Positions 17,210 through 26,900 of a stretch of DNA of 64,000 nucleotides are shown here, one piece after another. Both the position numbers and the translations under genes were made by a program. This DNA comes from Thermoplasmatales archaeon I-plasma (GTDB lineage Archaea > Thermoplasmatota > Thermoplasmata > Thermoplasmatales > GCA-001856825), in the NCBI GenBank assembly GCA_001856825.1, contig ATMD01000004.1, positions 426,568-490,567 of the forward strand, read 5' to 3'. Position 1 is the first letter of the stretch, and each line of letters begins with the position of its first letter. The notes beneath the pieces were generated by a model. That model saw nothing but the letters and a program-made list of their open reading frames with translations. It was not told where the DNA came from and did no database searches.

Positions 17210-18730
17210 ATGCTTCTTAACTTTGAAAAATGGTGGCATTTGTTGAAATATGTCGACTATAAAAGGGTCCCAATCAAGCACTACAACGCTGATGTGAGAA
17301 TAAAAACGCTCAACATGCAGACCCTTGTACCCTATACGCTGGAAGAAGTAATGGCTGAGAGCTCTAGATGCCTCGGCTGCGGATTGTGTATCCAGGGGTG
17401 CCCAGCACGGATAGACGTACCTGGATATCAGATAGCGATGGCTAACGGCAATATTGAGGATGCTCTTAAGATAAATTTTGAAAAATTACCGTTTGTAGAG
17501 GTTTGTGGTAATGTCTGCCCTCACCCCTGCGAGGATTCATGCGTACTTGAAGACAATAAGGGATCTATTGCAACGCGTCATATCAAGAGATACGTAGCTG
17601 AAAATATCAGTGATTACAAGGATGTCCTGAAGGTGAAGGTTCAGGACCTGGGGGGGCATCCAAGCGTAGCTGTTGTAGGGGCAGGCCCTGCTGGACTAAC
17701 TGTAGCATTCTATTTATCAATAAATGGAATAAGAGTTGATGTTTACGAGGCCACGGATAAACCAGGAGGGGTGATGGTCCACGGCATCCCTGCATTCAGG
17801 CTCCCGAGGGAGGCAATAAAGAAGGAAGCGGAACACATCCTTTCCTACGGAGGAAGAATCTTTTATAACACGAAGATTGGAAGGGATATCCAGTTCGAAA
17901 AACTTATGAATGACTATTCAGCAGTATATCTGGCTGTTGGGAACTGGAAACCCACTAGGACCAAGATAGAAGGGGAGGACCTTAAGGGGGTATATCATGC
18001 CCTCGATTTCCTTTACAGGATCAACAACGGAGAAAAGATAGACGTCGGTCAGAACGTGGCTATCATAGGGGGTGGATTTACTGCTTACGATGCTGCTAGG
18101 GTTTCCCTCAGACTAGGTGCAAAGAGGGTCGCCATGCTCTATAGGAGGTCAGATGTTGACAGACCTGGCTACCCATCCAGTAACGCAGACGAGGAACTAG
18201 AAGAGGCGGAAGAGGAGAAGGTGATATTCGACTGGGAAACAAGCCCGTTCGAATACGTAGGGGAGAACGGCCACGTGAAAGGACTGAAATACTGGAAGAA
18301 CCAGATGGTCGATACGGGAAAAGGGAGGAGACAACCTGTCCCAATAAAGGACAGGGAATATTACATTGATGTCGATACCATAATTGAAGCTACCGGCCAG
18401 AGGGAAGACCTGTCGTTCATTCCCCAGGAAATAATGGAAAAGATTAAAACTACCCCAGGAGGCGACTTCGTCGTTAACCAGTACAACATGACGAGTTACC
18501 CAGGCATTTTTGCGGGGGGAGATATCACCAATAAGAGGAAGGACATAATCAGTGGTGTAGCAGATTCAGGAAGAGCCAGTATGGGAATACTGCTTTATCT
18601 AAAGGAACTGGGAAAGATAGAAAAAGTGCCGCAAAGATTGACCAACTATGAAGGCGGCCCATACTCGATAACCTACTATGAAATGGAGGACAAGGAAGCA
18701 CCTGGAGTTAGCCCAAACCCTACTGAGTGA
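17210..18730 (+). CDS. GltD/SudA-family NAD(P)H-dependent FAD oxidoreductase with Fe-S clusters (glutamate synthase small-subunit-like)
   Basis: Cys clusters CLGCGLCIQGCP and CGNVCPHPCEDSC. Dinucleotide folds VAVVGAGPAGL and AIIGGGFTAYD. Also GIPAFRLP and a C-terminal FAGGD motif. Confidence 0.85.
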   Translation: MLLNFEKWWHLLKYVDYKRVPIKHYNADVRIKTLNMQTLVPYTLEEVMAESSRCLGCGLCIQGCPARIDVPGYQIAMANGNIEDALKINFEKLPFVEVCGNVCPHPCEDSCVLEDNKGSIATRHIKRYVAENISDYKDVLKVKVQDLGGHPSVAVVGAGPAGLTVAFYLSINGIRVDVYEATDKPGGVMVHGIPAFRLPREAIKKEAEHILSYGGRIFYNTKIGRDIQFEKLMNDYSAVYLAVGNWKPTRTKIEGEDLKGVYHALDFLYRINNGEKIDVGQNVAIIGGGFTAYDAARVSLRLGAKRVAMLYRRSDVDRPGYPSSNADEELEEAEEEKVIFDWETSPFEYVGENGHVKGLKYWKNQMVDTGKGRRQPVPIKDREYYIDVDTIIEATGQREDLSFIPQEIMEKIKTTPGGDFVVNQYNMTSYPGIFAGGDITNKRKDIISGVADSGRASMGILLYLKELGKIEKVPQRLTNYEGGPYSITYYEMEDKEAPGVSPNPTE

Positions 18731-18964
18731 TTCATCATCTACTTTTGTAAAAGACGTCAGAAATTCATCTGCAGGAGTAATATGTGAGCTGCTGCCAGTA
18801 AACTCAATCCTTTCATAATCCATAGTCAAGCCCCAGGATTAGGGAACTATTTTGGAAGAGAGATGCGTTTCTGCATTGCGCAATTAATCAATATAAATTA
18901 ATGGACCCTGAACTATTTTTACTGAGCCTAATTAATAGTAATCGATTTATTTAACCAAATCTAT

Positions 18965-20584
18965 TTGCTTCCCATGAGTTCAGTTGGTGCATTAACCAAG
19001 ACGACCTATAAGAGGGACCTGAGTCTTTTCAACCTTGTGATGCTGAACGCCATGGGCATGATAGGTTCAGGCTGGCTCTTCGGAGCCTTGTATGCTGTAT
19101 CTTATGCAGGGCCGATGGGAGCTATCTTTTCCTGGATTTTGGGAGGTATATTCGTGATATTCATAGCAGTGAACTTCATGGAAATATCACCAATGTTTCC
19201 CTTGGCGGGTGGGTCTACTCCGCTGGCGGAGATGTCCCACGGGAAAATGACAGCTTTCCTGGCAGGATGGTCCGCCTGGCTATCTGACATAATGACGCCT
19301 ACAATAGAAGCAATTGCTGTGGTGACATATGCTTCTTTCTACATCCCTGAGTTGATAAACTCTAACGGTACCCTTCGACCTTACGGCTATCTCGTTGCAG
19401 TGATCGTGATGATACTGATATTCGTGATAAACATGCAGAAAGTGAAGATCTTTGGAAACATAACGAGCGGTGTGATGGTGTGGAAATGGGCCATACCTGT
19501 ACTGGCCGCTGTTACGATATTGACTCTCACGTTCAAGCCGACGAACTTTACTGCATTCGGTTCGTTTGCAAGCTCAGGTCCAAGCGGTATATTTTACGCA
19601 CTTGTTCTAGGAGGCATCATATTCTCCTTTGAAGGATTCAGGGCAGCAATCAACATGGCAGGTGAAGTCAAGAAGAAGGATTACATCTGGAAATCTGTAA
19701 TAATTGCGGTAATTGCTGTAATTGCCCTCTATGTGCTCCTCCAAACAGCCTTCATAAGCGGAATAAACTGGGCAGCTCAGGGGATACCGGCCGGCGACTG
19801 GGCAGACCTAAGTGCCGGAGGGTACATAGCAGGACCGTTTGCTCAGGAAGCTGCTGCCATTGGACTAGGATGGTTAGTGGTCATCCTGCTCATCGACGCA
19901 ATAGTTTCTCCTGCAGGAGCTGGTATTTCATACGCAGCATACCCGGCGAGGATATTCCAGTCAATGGCTGAATATGGATATGCACCAAAGTTATTCGCAA
20001 AGCTGAATGCTAAGTCCCATATACCGCTGAATTCGCTCATATTGGGTACAATCCTGGGGTTCATATTCCTATACAGGTTCCCATCTTGGCAACTCCTTGT
20101 GGGTATATTGACATCCACTCTCGTAGTAGCTTACGTTCTTGGACCTGCCGCCATAAATGTATTCAGAAGGACAGCACCTGACAAGGAAAGACCGTTCAGA
20201 CTTCCTGGTTCAAAAATCTTCGCACCTATTGGCTTCATCGTATCTTTCTTCATAATATACTGGTCAGGCTTCCCCCTAAGTCTGGAGGTATCTGTCGTGA
20301 TACTTGTTGGCCTGATTATGTACTTCTATTTCCACGTAAAGAACGGGTTTGGTAGAAGGCACATAACAGCAGGACTATGGCTGGTTGCTGGACTCATCAT
20401 AATACCGATCGAGTCTTACATTGGGCCTGCGACATACGGTGGTAAGAACTTCGTTCCTTTCCCATGGGATTTCATAATGATTGCAATAACAGGAATAATA
20501 CTGTACGTATGGAGTCAATACAGCGGATGGAAGACAGAATCATTGGAGAAATATCTCAAGGATGAATCTTCAGAGACAGGATAA
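18965..20584 (+). CDS. APC-superfamily amino acid/polyamine permease
   Basis: 539 aa, about 12+ hydrophobic segments. The N-terminal R.LSLF.LV...MG.MIGSGWLF is typical of APC transporters. The track start is TTG 18965; ATG is at 18974. Confidence 0.85.
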   Translation: MLPMSSVGALTKTTYKRDLSLFNLVMLNAMGMIGSGWLFGALYAVSYAGPMGAIFSWILGGIFVIFIAVNFMEISPMFPLAGGSTPLAEMSHGKMTAFLAGWSAWLSDIMTPTIEAIAVVTYASFYIPELINSNGTLRPYGYLVAVIVMILIFVINMQKVKIFGNITSGVMVWKWAIPVLAAVTILTLTFKPTNFTAFGSFASSGPSGIFYALVLGGIIFSFEGFRAAINMAGEVKKKDYIWKSVIIAVIAVIALYVLLQTAFISGINWAAQGIPAGDWADLSAGGYIAGPFAQEAAAIGLGWLVVILLIDAIVSPAGAGISYAAYPARIFQSMAEYGYAPKLFAKLNAKSHIPLNSLILGTILGFIFLYRFPSWQLLVGILTSTLVVAYVLGPAAINVFRRTAPDKERPFRLPGSKIFAPIGFIVSFFIIYWSGFPLSLEVSVVILVGLIMYFYFHVKNGFGRRHITAGLWLVAGLIIIPIESYIGPATYGGKNFVPFPWDFIMIAITGIILYVWSQYSGWKTESLEKYLKDESSETG

Positions 20585-20685
20585 ATAGGTTCTAAAACAT
20601 CGTTTTCTATATTTTTTCTCTATTTAATTATAAATTCTTTTTCACTTCTCTACACTGAGATTTTAATCCAAAATGCAATTATCGT

Positions 20686-21543
20686 TTGATAGACATGAAG
20701 TTTCTCCGGTTCAAGAACAATGGGGGAGTTTTGCTGGCCTTAGAAGTGGATGGGGACTACATTTCCGTGGCCGAACTGCTTGGAAAGAAGGATGGCACAG
20801 TGGACTTGAAGGATGTGTTTGGCAGAGAATCTGAGATAGAGGCAGAATTGAAAAAAGGTGAATATTCATACATTGCTGCTAAGGGCCGTGATTATGCCCC
20901 TGCTGTGGGTGTCCCAGGGAAGATCATATGCATAGGATTGAACTACAGGTCCCATATAGCAGAAACAGAGAAGAAGGTGCCTGACAATCCCGTGATATTC
21001 AGCAAATATCCAAATTCACTGGCTGGGCATATGGAAAGCATTAGGATTCCAGAACCTGGCCTGAAGGTCGATTATGAGGGGGAATTTGGAGTCATAATTG
21101 GAAGGACGGCAAGAAACGTTGGTGATGACTTCAATAGATACATATTCGGGTATTTCATTGGCAACGACGTATCCTCGAGGGAACTCCAGTACAGGACATC
21201 CCAGTACCTACTTGGGAAAACACTTGATGGATTTTACCCGAATGGACCTTCCATTGTGACAAGGGACGAAATCCCAGATCCACAGGATCTCTGGATAAGG
21301 ACAGTGGTCAACGGAAGCCTACGACAGGATTCGAGTACATCAAACATGATTTTCTCTATAGGGAAACTCATCTCCTACATTTCGAGTTACCTGACTCTTG
21401 AACCGGGTGACATCATATCAACCGGTACTCCAGATGGAGTAGTTCTTGGAATGAAGGACAAGGAAGACAACTGGCTGAAACCGAGGGACTCAGTTGAAGT
21501 GAGCATTGAAGGACTGGGCACACTTAAGAATAGCTTCATATAG
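20686..21543 (+). CDS. Fumarylacetoacetate hydrolase (FAH) family hydrolase/isomerase
   Basis: KIICIGLNYRSHIAE, DYEGEFGVIIG, GNDVSSRELQ and GDIISTGTPDGV are the FAH-fold signature. The track start is TTG 20686; ATG is at 20695. Confidence 0.9.
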   Translation: MIDMKFLRFKNNGGVLLALEVDGDYISVAELLGKKDGTVDLKDVFGRESEIEAELKKGEYSYIAAKGRDYAPAVGVPGKIICIGLNYRSHIAETEKKVPDNPVIFSKYPNSLAGHMESIRIPEPGLKVDYEGEFGVIIGRTARNVGDDFNRYIFGYFIGNDVSSRELQYRTSQYLLGKTLDGFYPNGPSIVTRDEIPDPQDLWIRTVVNGSLRQDSSTSNMIFSIGKLISYISSYLTLEPGDIISTGTPDGVVLGMKDKEDNWLKPRDSVEVSIEGLGTLKNSFI

Positions 21544-21589
21544 AATTCAGGAAAAGAAAGGATAAAATAGTCTGTCTATATTCCTTCTC

Positions 21590-21712
21590 GGTTGACGGCC
21601 ATAGCGACGGGGAAACACCCGGTCTCATTCCGAACCCGAAGGTTAAGCCCGTCTGCGTTCCGCACGCGTACTGTGTTCCGCGAGGGCATGGGAAATGCGG
21701 TTCGCCGCCTCC
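21590..21712 (+). rRNA. rrf: 5S ribosomal RNA (solitary)
   Basis: The sequence ggttgacggccatagcgacggggaaacacccggtctcattccgaacccgaaggttaagcccgtctgcgttccgcacgcgtactgtgttccgcgagggcatgggaaatgcggttcgccgcctcc contains the universal 5S blocks (CCAUAGCG..GGGAAACACC..CCCAUUCCGAAC..GUUAAG..GUACUG..GCGAGGG..GGGAA). The ends are placed by helix I pairing and are +/- a few nt. Confidence 0.9.
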
Positions 21713-21754
21713 ATTTAATGGCAAATTCTTATAGGAAGTAATTATGCCTAGACA

Positions 21755-22372
21755 ATGATTCCTTCTCTCATAGCTTTCGACGTAGATGGTGTACTGCTTC
21801 AGCCTAAAAGCAGCTGGAACACCATTCACGATTATTTCGGTGTAAAGAACGAGGAATCGCTCAGAGCTTTCCTCAATGGAGAGATAGGTTACCAGGAATT
21901 CATAGACCGTGACGTAAATCTTTGGCTGGGAAAACAGGGAAAAATCACCAGGGGAGACTTCAGGATAATAGCAGAAAGCATAAGGCCAAACCCAAATTTT
22001 GAATATCTCAGGGATTTCCTGAAGGAGTTCAACGGCAACAAAATAGCAATTTCCGGTGGGATCGACGTTATTGTATCAAAAGTGAACGAATATTTTGACC
22101 TTGACGAAATATACTCGAACAAGCTCGTATTCCGTAACGATACCCTCATCGGCGGCTCTGCTGTTGTCAACCCGCACGAGAAAGGCCTATTCCTTGGAAA
22201 GTACAAGGGGCACAAGGTATCGATTGGAGATTCAGAATGGGACAAGGATATGTTCAAGAATTCTGATTATTCGATCTTGTTCAATTCTGATTATGACCTT
22301 GAGTTCGTTGACTGCATAATACATAGCAACGATCTGAAAGAGCTGACAAACGTACTGAGAGACCTCAAATGA
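21755..22372 (+). CDS. HAD-superfamily phosphatase (phosphoserine phosphatase-like)
   Basis: Motif I is LIAFDVDGVL, with ISGG (motif II region) and GDSEWD (motif IV). Confidence 0.75.
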   Translation: MIPSLIAFDVDGVLLQPKSSWNTIHDYFGVKNEESLRAFLNGEIGYQEFIDRDVNLWLGKQGKITRGDFRIIAESIRPNPNFEYLRDFLKEFNGNKIAISGGIDVIVSKVNEYFDLDEIYSNKLVFRNDTLIGGSAVVNPHEKGLFLGKYKGHKVSIGDSEWDKDMFKNSDYSILFNSDYDLEFVDCIIHSNDLKELTNVLRDLK

Positions 22373-23037
22373 CAGACAGGTTGCCAACAGGATTGCCGAG
22401 ACTGGACAAGTGCATTGAAGGAGGGTTCGAACGGGGCATAATCACGGAGATATATGGAGAACCAGGATCAGGCAAGACCAATCTGGTCCTATATACCTCG
22501 ATAGTATCTTCCGTTCTCGGCAAGGTGATATTCATCGACACCGAGGGAGTGTCCACGGAGAGGATATCACAGATAAAAAGAGATGAATCAAACCTGTCGA
22601 ACCTCAAGTTCTTCAGGATAAGAAGTTACGAGGAACAGCTGGAAGCAGTCCCTAAGATACTGAATCTGGTACAGTCTATGAGTGACGTTGTGCTGCTGGT
22701 CTTCGATACTATAACAGTTCATTACCGTGCTGAAAGGGAAATTAGGGCCGAGTTGAGGAAGAAGACGTCCAACACGCTGATTACGCAGATAGAGATGCTA
22801 AACAATCTAGCACTTTCAAAAAACATACCTGTAATACTAGTCAACCAGGTCTACATGGACAAGACGACTAGTGAAGTGCAGCCCGTTGGTGGTAGTGCAT
22901 TGTCCCACATTGCAAAGGCCATATTCAGGATACAGAAGCTAGGGAGCGGAATGAGGGAACTGGTTGTGATTAAGCACAGAAGCCTTCCGGAAGACATAAG
23001 GTGCTCCTTCTCCATCACTGAAAGGGGAATAGAATAG
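22369..23037 (+). CDS. radB: DNA repair and recombination protein RadB
   Basis: 222 aa, a RecA-fold without the N-terminal HhH domain. Walker A is GEPGSGKTN and Walker B is LLVFDTI. 4-nt overlap (ATGA) with the upstream gene. Confidence 0.9.
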   Translation: MTDRLPTGLPRLDKCIEGGFERGIITEIYGEPGSGKTNLVLYTSIVSSVLGKVIFIDTEGVSTERISQIKRDESNLSNLKFFRIRSYEEQLEAVPKILNLVQSMSDVVLLVFDTITVHYRAEREIRAELRKKTSNTLITQIEMLNNLALSKNIPVILVNQVYMDKTTSEVQPVGGSALSHIAKAIFRIQKLGSGMRELVVIKHRSLPEDIRCSFSITERGIE

Positions 23038-23068
23038 GTTTTTAGCCAGTTTTCTATATATAAATAAG

Positions 23069-24079
23069 ATGGGAGTAGACATTTCCTCGCTTCTTGACGC
23101 AAGCGAAGTGGATCTCAAGACGTTGAAAGGGAGACTGCTCGCCGTGGATGCATTCAATGTCATCTACCAGTTCCTGAGCAATATCAGGGAATACGATGGA
23201 AGTCCCCTGAAGGACAAGCATGGCAATATCACGTCCCACCTTTCGGGCCTCTTCTACAGGAACATGAATCTTCTTGAGGCTGGGATCGTGCCCATCTACG
23301 TTTTCGATGGAAAACCGCCTGCACTCAAGGACAAGACAATAAAGGAGAGGATAGCCCTCAAGGAAAAGGCGGAAGAAGAGTATCGTCTCTCGCTTGCAAT
23401 GGGCGATTACGAGAAGGCGAAGAGCTTCGCTTCGAGGACTTCAAGATTGACTGCTGAGATGATTTCCGAATCAAAGGAACTTCTGATTTCCATAGGAATT
23501 GCAGTCGTGGAGGCCCCATCCGAAGGTGAAGCTGAGGCTTCCTATCTGTGCAGGTTGGGGGCTGTATATTCCGCAGTATCACAGGACTATGATTCCCTGC
23601 TGTTCGGCTCACCCAGGCTGATCAGGAATCTAACCATAAGCGGCAAGAGAAGATACGGAAGAACAGGAAGGGTTGTGGAGGTAAAGCCGGAGATGATCAC
23701 AAATGATGATGTCCTTAGAAAGCTTGGAATAACAAGGGAACAGCTGGTAGATATGGGAATACTTATTGGAACTGACTTCAATGATGGCATCAAGGGAATT
23801 GGCCCAAAGAAGGCGTATCAGATGATAAAGAAGTACGGATCGTTGAGGAATATCCCAAATATCACCATAGAAAATTACGAGGAGATACGTGACATTTTCC
23901 TGAACCCAGACGTTGTAGACCCGGGTCATATAAAGATACCTGAGATGGATGAGCAGAAAACACTGGATATACTTGTGACAAACCACGACTTTTCCCCAGA
24001 AAGGGTGAGTTCTGCTTTGGGAAGAGTAAAGGAAGCTAAGAGACAAGGGGTGCAGAGAAGCATTGACTCGTTCTTCTAG
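23069..24079 (+). CDS. fen: Flap endonuclease 1 (FEN-1)
   Basis: 336 aa. XPG-N is MGVDISSLL...AVDAFNVIYQFL. Also YVFDGKPP, XPG-I SEGEAEASYL...SQDYDSLLFG, the H3TH segment GTDFNDGIKGIGPKKA, and a C-terminal PCNA-box-like QRSIDSFF. Confidence 0.95.
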   Translation: MGVDISSLLDASEVDLKTLKGRLLAVDAFNVIYQFLSNIREYDGSPLKDKHGNITSHLSGLFYRNMNLLEAGIVPIYVFDGKPPALKDKTIKERIALKEKAEEEYRLSLAMGDYEKAKSFASRTSRLTAEMISESKELLISIGIAVVEAPSEGEAEASYLCRLGAVYSAVSQDYDSLLFGSPRLIRNLTISGKRRYGRTGRVVEVKPEMITNDDVLRKLGITREQLVDMGILIGTDFNDGIKGIGPKKAYQMIKKYGSLRNIPNITIENYEEIRDIFLNPDVVDPGHIKIPEMDEQKTLDILVTNHDFSPERVSSALGRVKEAKRQGVQRSIDSFF

Positions 24080-24662
24080 TATCTACCTTGCGATAGAGGG
24101 TATAGACGGGACTGGGAAGACGTATGTAGCAAGGCACATATCTGAGAAATTCGGTTTCTCAACCTTGCAGGAGCCTTCGCCCGGAAGGATAGGATCACTC
24201 ATAAAGGACAGTGACTGGGACCCGGTAACAGATTACTTCCTCTTCATGGCCGACAGGGCAGCCATGCTGAAAGATTTGGAGAGCATGGGGAATATTGTAT
24301 CTGATCGTTCCCTATACTCAAGCTACGCCTATCAGGGTTACTATCTCAGCAAGTTGTTCAAGGATGAGGAGAATTATTTCGATTTCTTCATGAAGAGCGC
24401 AAAGCTTCTACCTGCATTACCCACTCATGTGTTCATACTTTACTGTGACGTGGATGTTGCGCTCGGGAGGGTGATGAAGAGGGGAGCTACCTCGAGGTTC
24501 GAGAAGAGGGAGTACCTGGACGGAGTGCAGAAACTATACTTTGGCCTGAAGGGAAGGTTGAGTAATCTGGTCTATGTTGACAGCAACGGAAGCCTTGATG
24601 AGCTTTATATCGAGATAGACAAGCAGGTTACAACGTTGTTACAACAGGTCCATCTTCCCTGA
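24063..24662 (+). CDS. tmk: Thymidylate kinase
   Basis: P-loop IAIEGIDGTGKT, DR motif (SDRSLYSSYAYQ) and lid RGATSRFE. TTG start as in the track. Overlaps fen by 17 nt. Confidence 0.85.
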   Translation: MTRSSSIYLAIEGIDGTGKTYVARHISEKFGFSTLQEPSPGRIGSLIKDSDWDPVTDYFLFMADRAAMLKDLESMGNIVSDRSLYSSYAYQGYYLSKLFKDEENYFDFFMKSAKLLPALPTHVFILYCDVDVALGRVMKRGATSRFEKREYLDGVQKLYFGLKGRLSNLVYVDSNGSLDELYIEIDKQVTTLLQQVHLP

Positions 24663-25491
24663 GGTAGATGGAGTGCTCCGTCTGCGCAACCATTTCCCCC
24701 TTGTTTTCCTTTAGCACCGGGTAGAAATAGATGTATTTTTTCTTCTGTGCTTCCCTTATGACATAATCGTAGTTTTCTATGCTTCTTGCCGCATCCCTCA
24801 TGGAGAAAGGCAGTCCTCTCGATACCTTCCTGAGGATCTTCAACGATTCCTCTGAATCTTCCTTCAGGCAGATCATGATGTTCCCGAATTCCAGGCCCTT
24901 TACCTTCCCCTTGCCAGTAGTTGCAAACGGTTCAATCGCGAAAGTCATTCCTGGATACAATCTTACCCTCGAGCCATCGTCATAATTCGGGAAGGAAGTA
25001 CCTGCGTGAAGTACGTATTTTTCAAGAGTGTGGCCGGTTAGATTGTAAACAGGATTGAATCCATACTTCTTGATCGTGTTCTCAATCTCCCTTCCTATCT
25101 CAGAAGTAATGGCACCGACCCTGACCTTCTTTATCGCATTTTCTAGGGCCTCATCGGTTGCCTTTATCAGATTCGTCCATTTGTCAGTTGTAACCTCCTT
25201 TGTCACTGCCGTATCTGCCAGACAGCCGTTTATTTCTGCACCCAGATCAAGCTTCACGAGGTCTCCCTGCTGAAATTTCAGGTCCGTATCAGGCGCTGGA
25301 GTGAAATGTGCAGCCTCGTTGTTAATTGACAGGTTCACTGGGAATCCAATCTGAGCACCCTCCCCCCTTATTAGGTCCTCGAGATAATCTGCAAGTTTCC
25401 TAAGTTCAAGACCCTCTTCTATCATCTTGTATCCTTCTTGTCTAGCCTTAGACGCTATTTTTCCTGACTGAATGTAATCATCGTACTCCAT
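24628..25491 (-). CDS. map: Methionine aminopeptidase, type 2 (archaeal)
   Basis: 287 aa with the pita-bread fold metal-ligand pattern: DLVKLDLGAEINGCLADTA, GHTL, FAIEP, QTEHS. Confidence 0.9.
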   Translation of the reverse strand: MEYDDYIQSGKIASKARQEGYKMIEEGLELRKLADYLEDLIRGEGAQIGFPVNLSINNEAAHFTPAPDTDLKFQQGDLVKLDLGAEINGCLADTAVTKEVTTDKWTNLIKATDEALENAIKKVRVGAITSEIGREIENTIKKYGFNPVYNLTGHTLEKYVLHAGTSFPNYDDGSRVRLYPGMTFAIEPFATTGKGKVKGLEFGNIMICLKEDSEESLKILRKVSRGLPFSMRDAARSIENYDYVIREAQKKKYIYFYPVLKENKGEMVAQTEHSIYLREDGPVVTTL

Positions 25492-26074
25492 TCTCTGCCT
25501 CCTTTATTGATTTAAGTGTAACCTCTCCCTCTCTTAACAGTTTCTTAGAAGTATAGTCATATATTGTGGAAGGAATACCCTTCAACTGCCCACCGTCCAC
25601 GTACAATCCTATCCTGCTGCCGAACTGGCCCATAATTTCCTTTAGTCCCGGTGAGGATCTGAATCCCCTGATATTTGCACCAACCATCGTAATGGGGCCG
25701 ACCCTCCTTATGACCTCTCTTACAAGAAGACTCGATGACACTCTCACTGCAATCCTGTTGTTCACTACCCAGTGCGCATCCATCTTCGATTTTAGAATGA
25801 GCGTCAATGGGCCTGGCATGAGGTTCCTGACAATGTTCTTTGCACCTTCGTCGACTATGCAGTACTTCTCAATGTCCCTCAACCCGTAGAAACCGATGGG
25901 GCTTGCACTTTGCATTTTTACCCCCTTTAGTTTGTACACTGCATCATACGCCGATTTGTTGCTAATGGGAACAGCAAGTGCATATAGTGTCTCAGTAGGC
26001 AGAACTACCGGTCCTCTCCTCATTGCATCAATTATCGTCTGGACATTCGTAAGATCTGCCTTTATTACCGCCAT
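25478..26074 (-). CDS. YrdC/Sua5-family threonylcarbamoyl-AMP synthase (single-domain form)
   Basis: VVLPTETLYALAV, PGPLTLIL, RVS.S and SANIRG-like GANIRG motifs. Confidence 0.85.
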   Translation of the reverse strand: MAVIKADLTNVQTIIDAMRRGPVVLPTETLYALAVPISNKSAYDAVYKLKGVKMQSASPIGFYGLRDIEKYCIVDEGAKNIVRNLMPGPLTLILKSKMDAHWVVNNRIAVRVSSSLLVREVIRRVGPITMVGANIRGFRSSPGLKEIMGQFGSRIGLYVDGGQLKGIPSTIYDYTSKKLLREGEVTLKSIKEAENGVR

Positions 26075-26116
26075 AACAATACTATAACCTTTCTTCGTAG
26101 ATAAATTGATTACAAG

Positions 26117-26728
26117 TCAGATGTGGAAGAAGAGCAGTGCACCCGTAAGTATGTATTGTACAGCAAATCCTGCAACCAGTATACCAAATACCCTCGTAAG
26201 GGCCCTTGCTCCCTTCTCCTTTATTATCTTGTAGATGAAGAAACTGGATATGAACAGTAGATATGTCACTACAGATACAACGATAATTCCCAGGACCACT
26301 ATGGCATGATTGTAGTCGTGCATTAAGAGTATGACAAGAGAGATTGCACCCGGTCCCGCGAGGAGCGGGGTTCCAAGTGGAACTATTCCAACGTCCCTCT
26401 TCGCTTCGCCCTCCGTAGATTCACCCTTCTTTCCTGAAGGTTTGTCCCCCTCGGTAACCATTTCAATACTCGTCAGTAGAATCAGAATACCCCCTGCAAT
26501 TTCCAGCGCTGCAATGGAAATTCCAAAATATAGAAGGATGTAATAACCTACAAACGCGAAGAATATGAGAATCAGGAAGCTTGCTATTGTTGCGTCGTTC
26601 GCCAACCTTCTTTTCTCCTTATCTGTCTCTTCCTTTGCAAACGCTATGAACATGATCATTGCTGCGAATGGGTCTACGACGACAAATAGTTCGATTGTAA
26701 CATAAAGAAACTGCGTGAATAGACTCAT
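26117..26728 (-). CDS. MarC/UPF0056 family integral membrane protein
   Basis: 203 aa, 6 TM. VVDPFAAMIMF and PLGTPLLAGPGAIS are characteristic of this family. Confidence 0.85.
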   Translation of the reverse strand: MSLFTQFLYVTIELFVVVDPFAAMIMFIAFAKEETDKEKRRLANDATIASFLILIFFAFVGYYILLYFGISIAALEIAGGILILLTSIEMVTEGDKPSGKKGESTEGEAKRDVGIVPLGTPLLAGPGAISLVILLMHDYNHAIVVLGIIVVSVVTYLLFISSFFIYKIIKEKGARALTRVFGILVAGFAVQYILTGALLFFHI

Positions 26729-26900
26729 TGGTCATATGATATATCGCATTATTATTAATTTTTATTAGAAAAATAACACTTCTCCTACCAGATATGGTAA
26801 CACTTCCCTCCCCAAACTGAAAAATCAATTTCTGAATTCCCGGAAAGCTGAATATCTTGCGACTAAGAAAAATAGATAAAAGAGGATGGTTTAGACCATT

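Noticed and set aside
21536-21829. 97-aa minus-strand ORF
   Set aside because: It lies antisense across the 5S rRNA gene and is explained by the structured GC-rich RNA gene.
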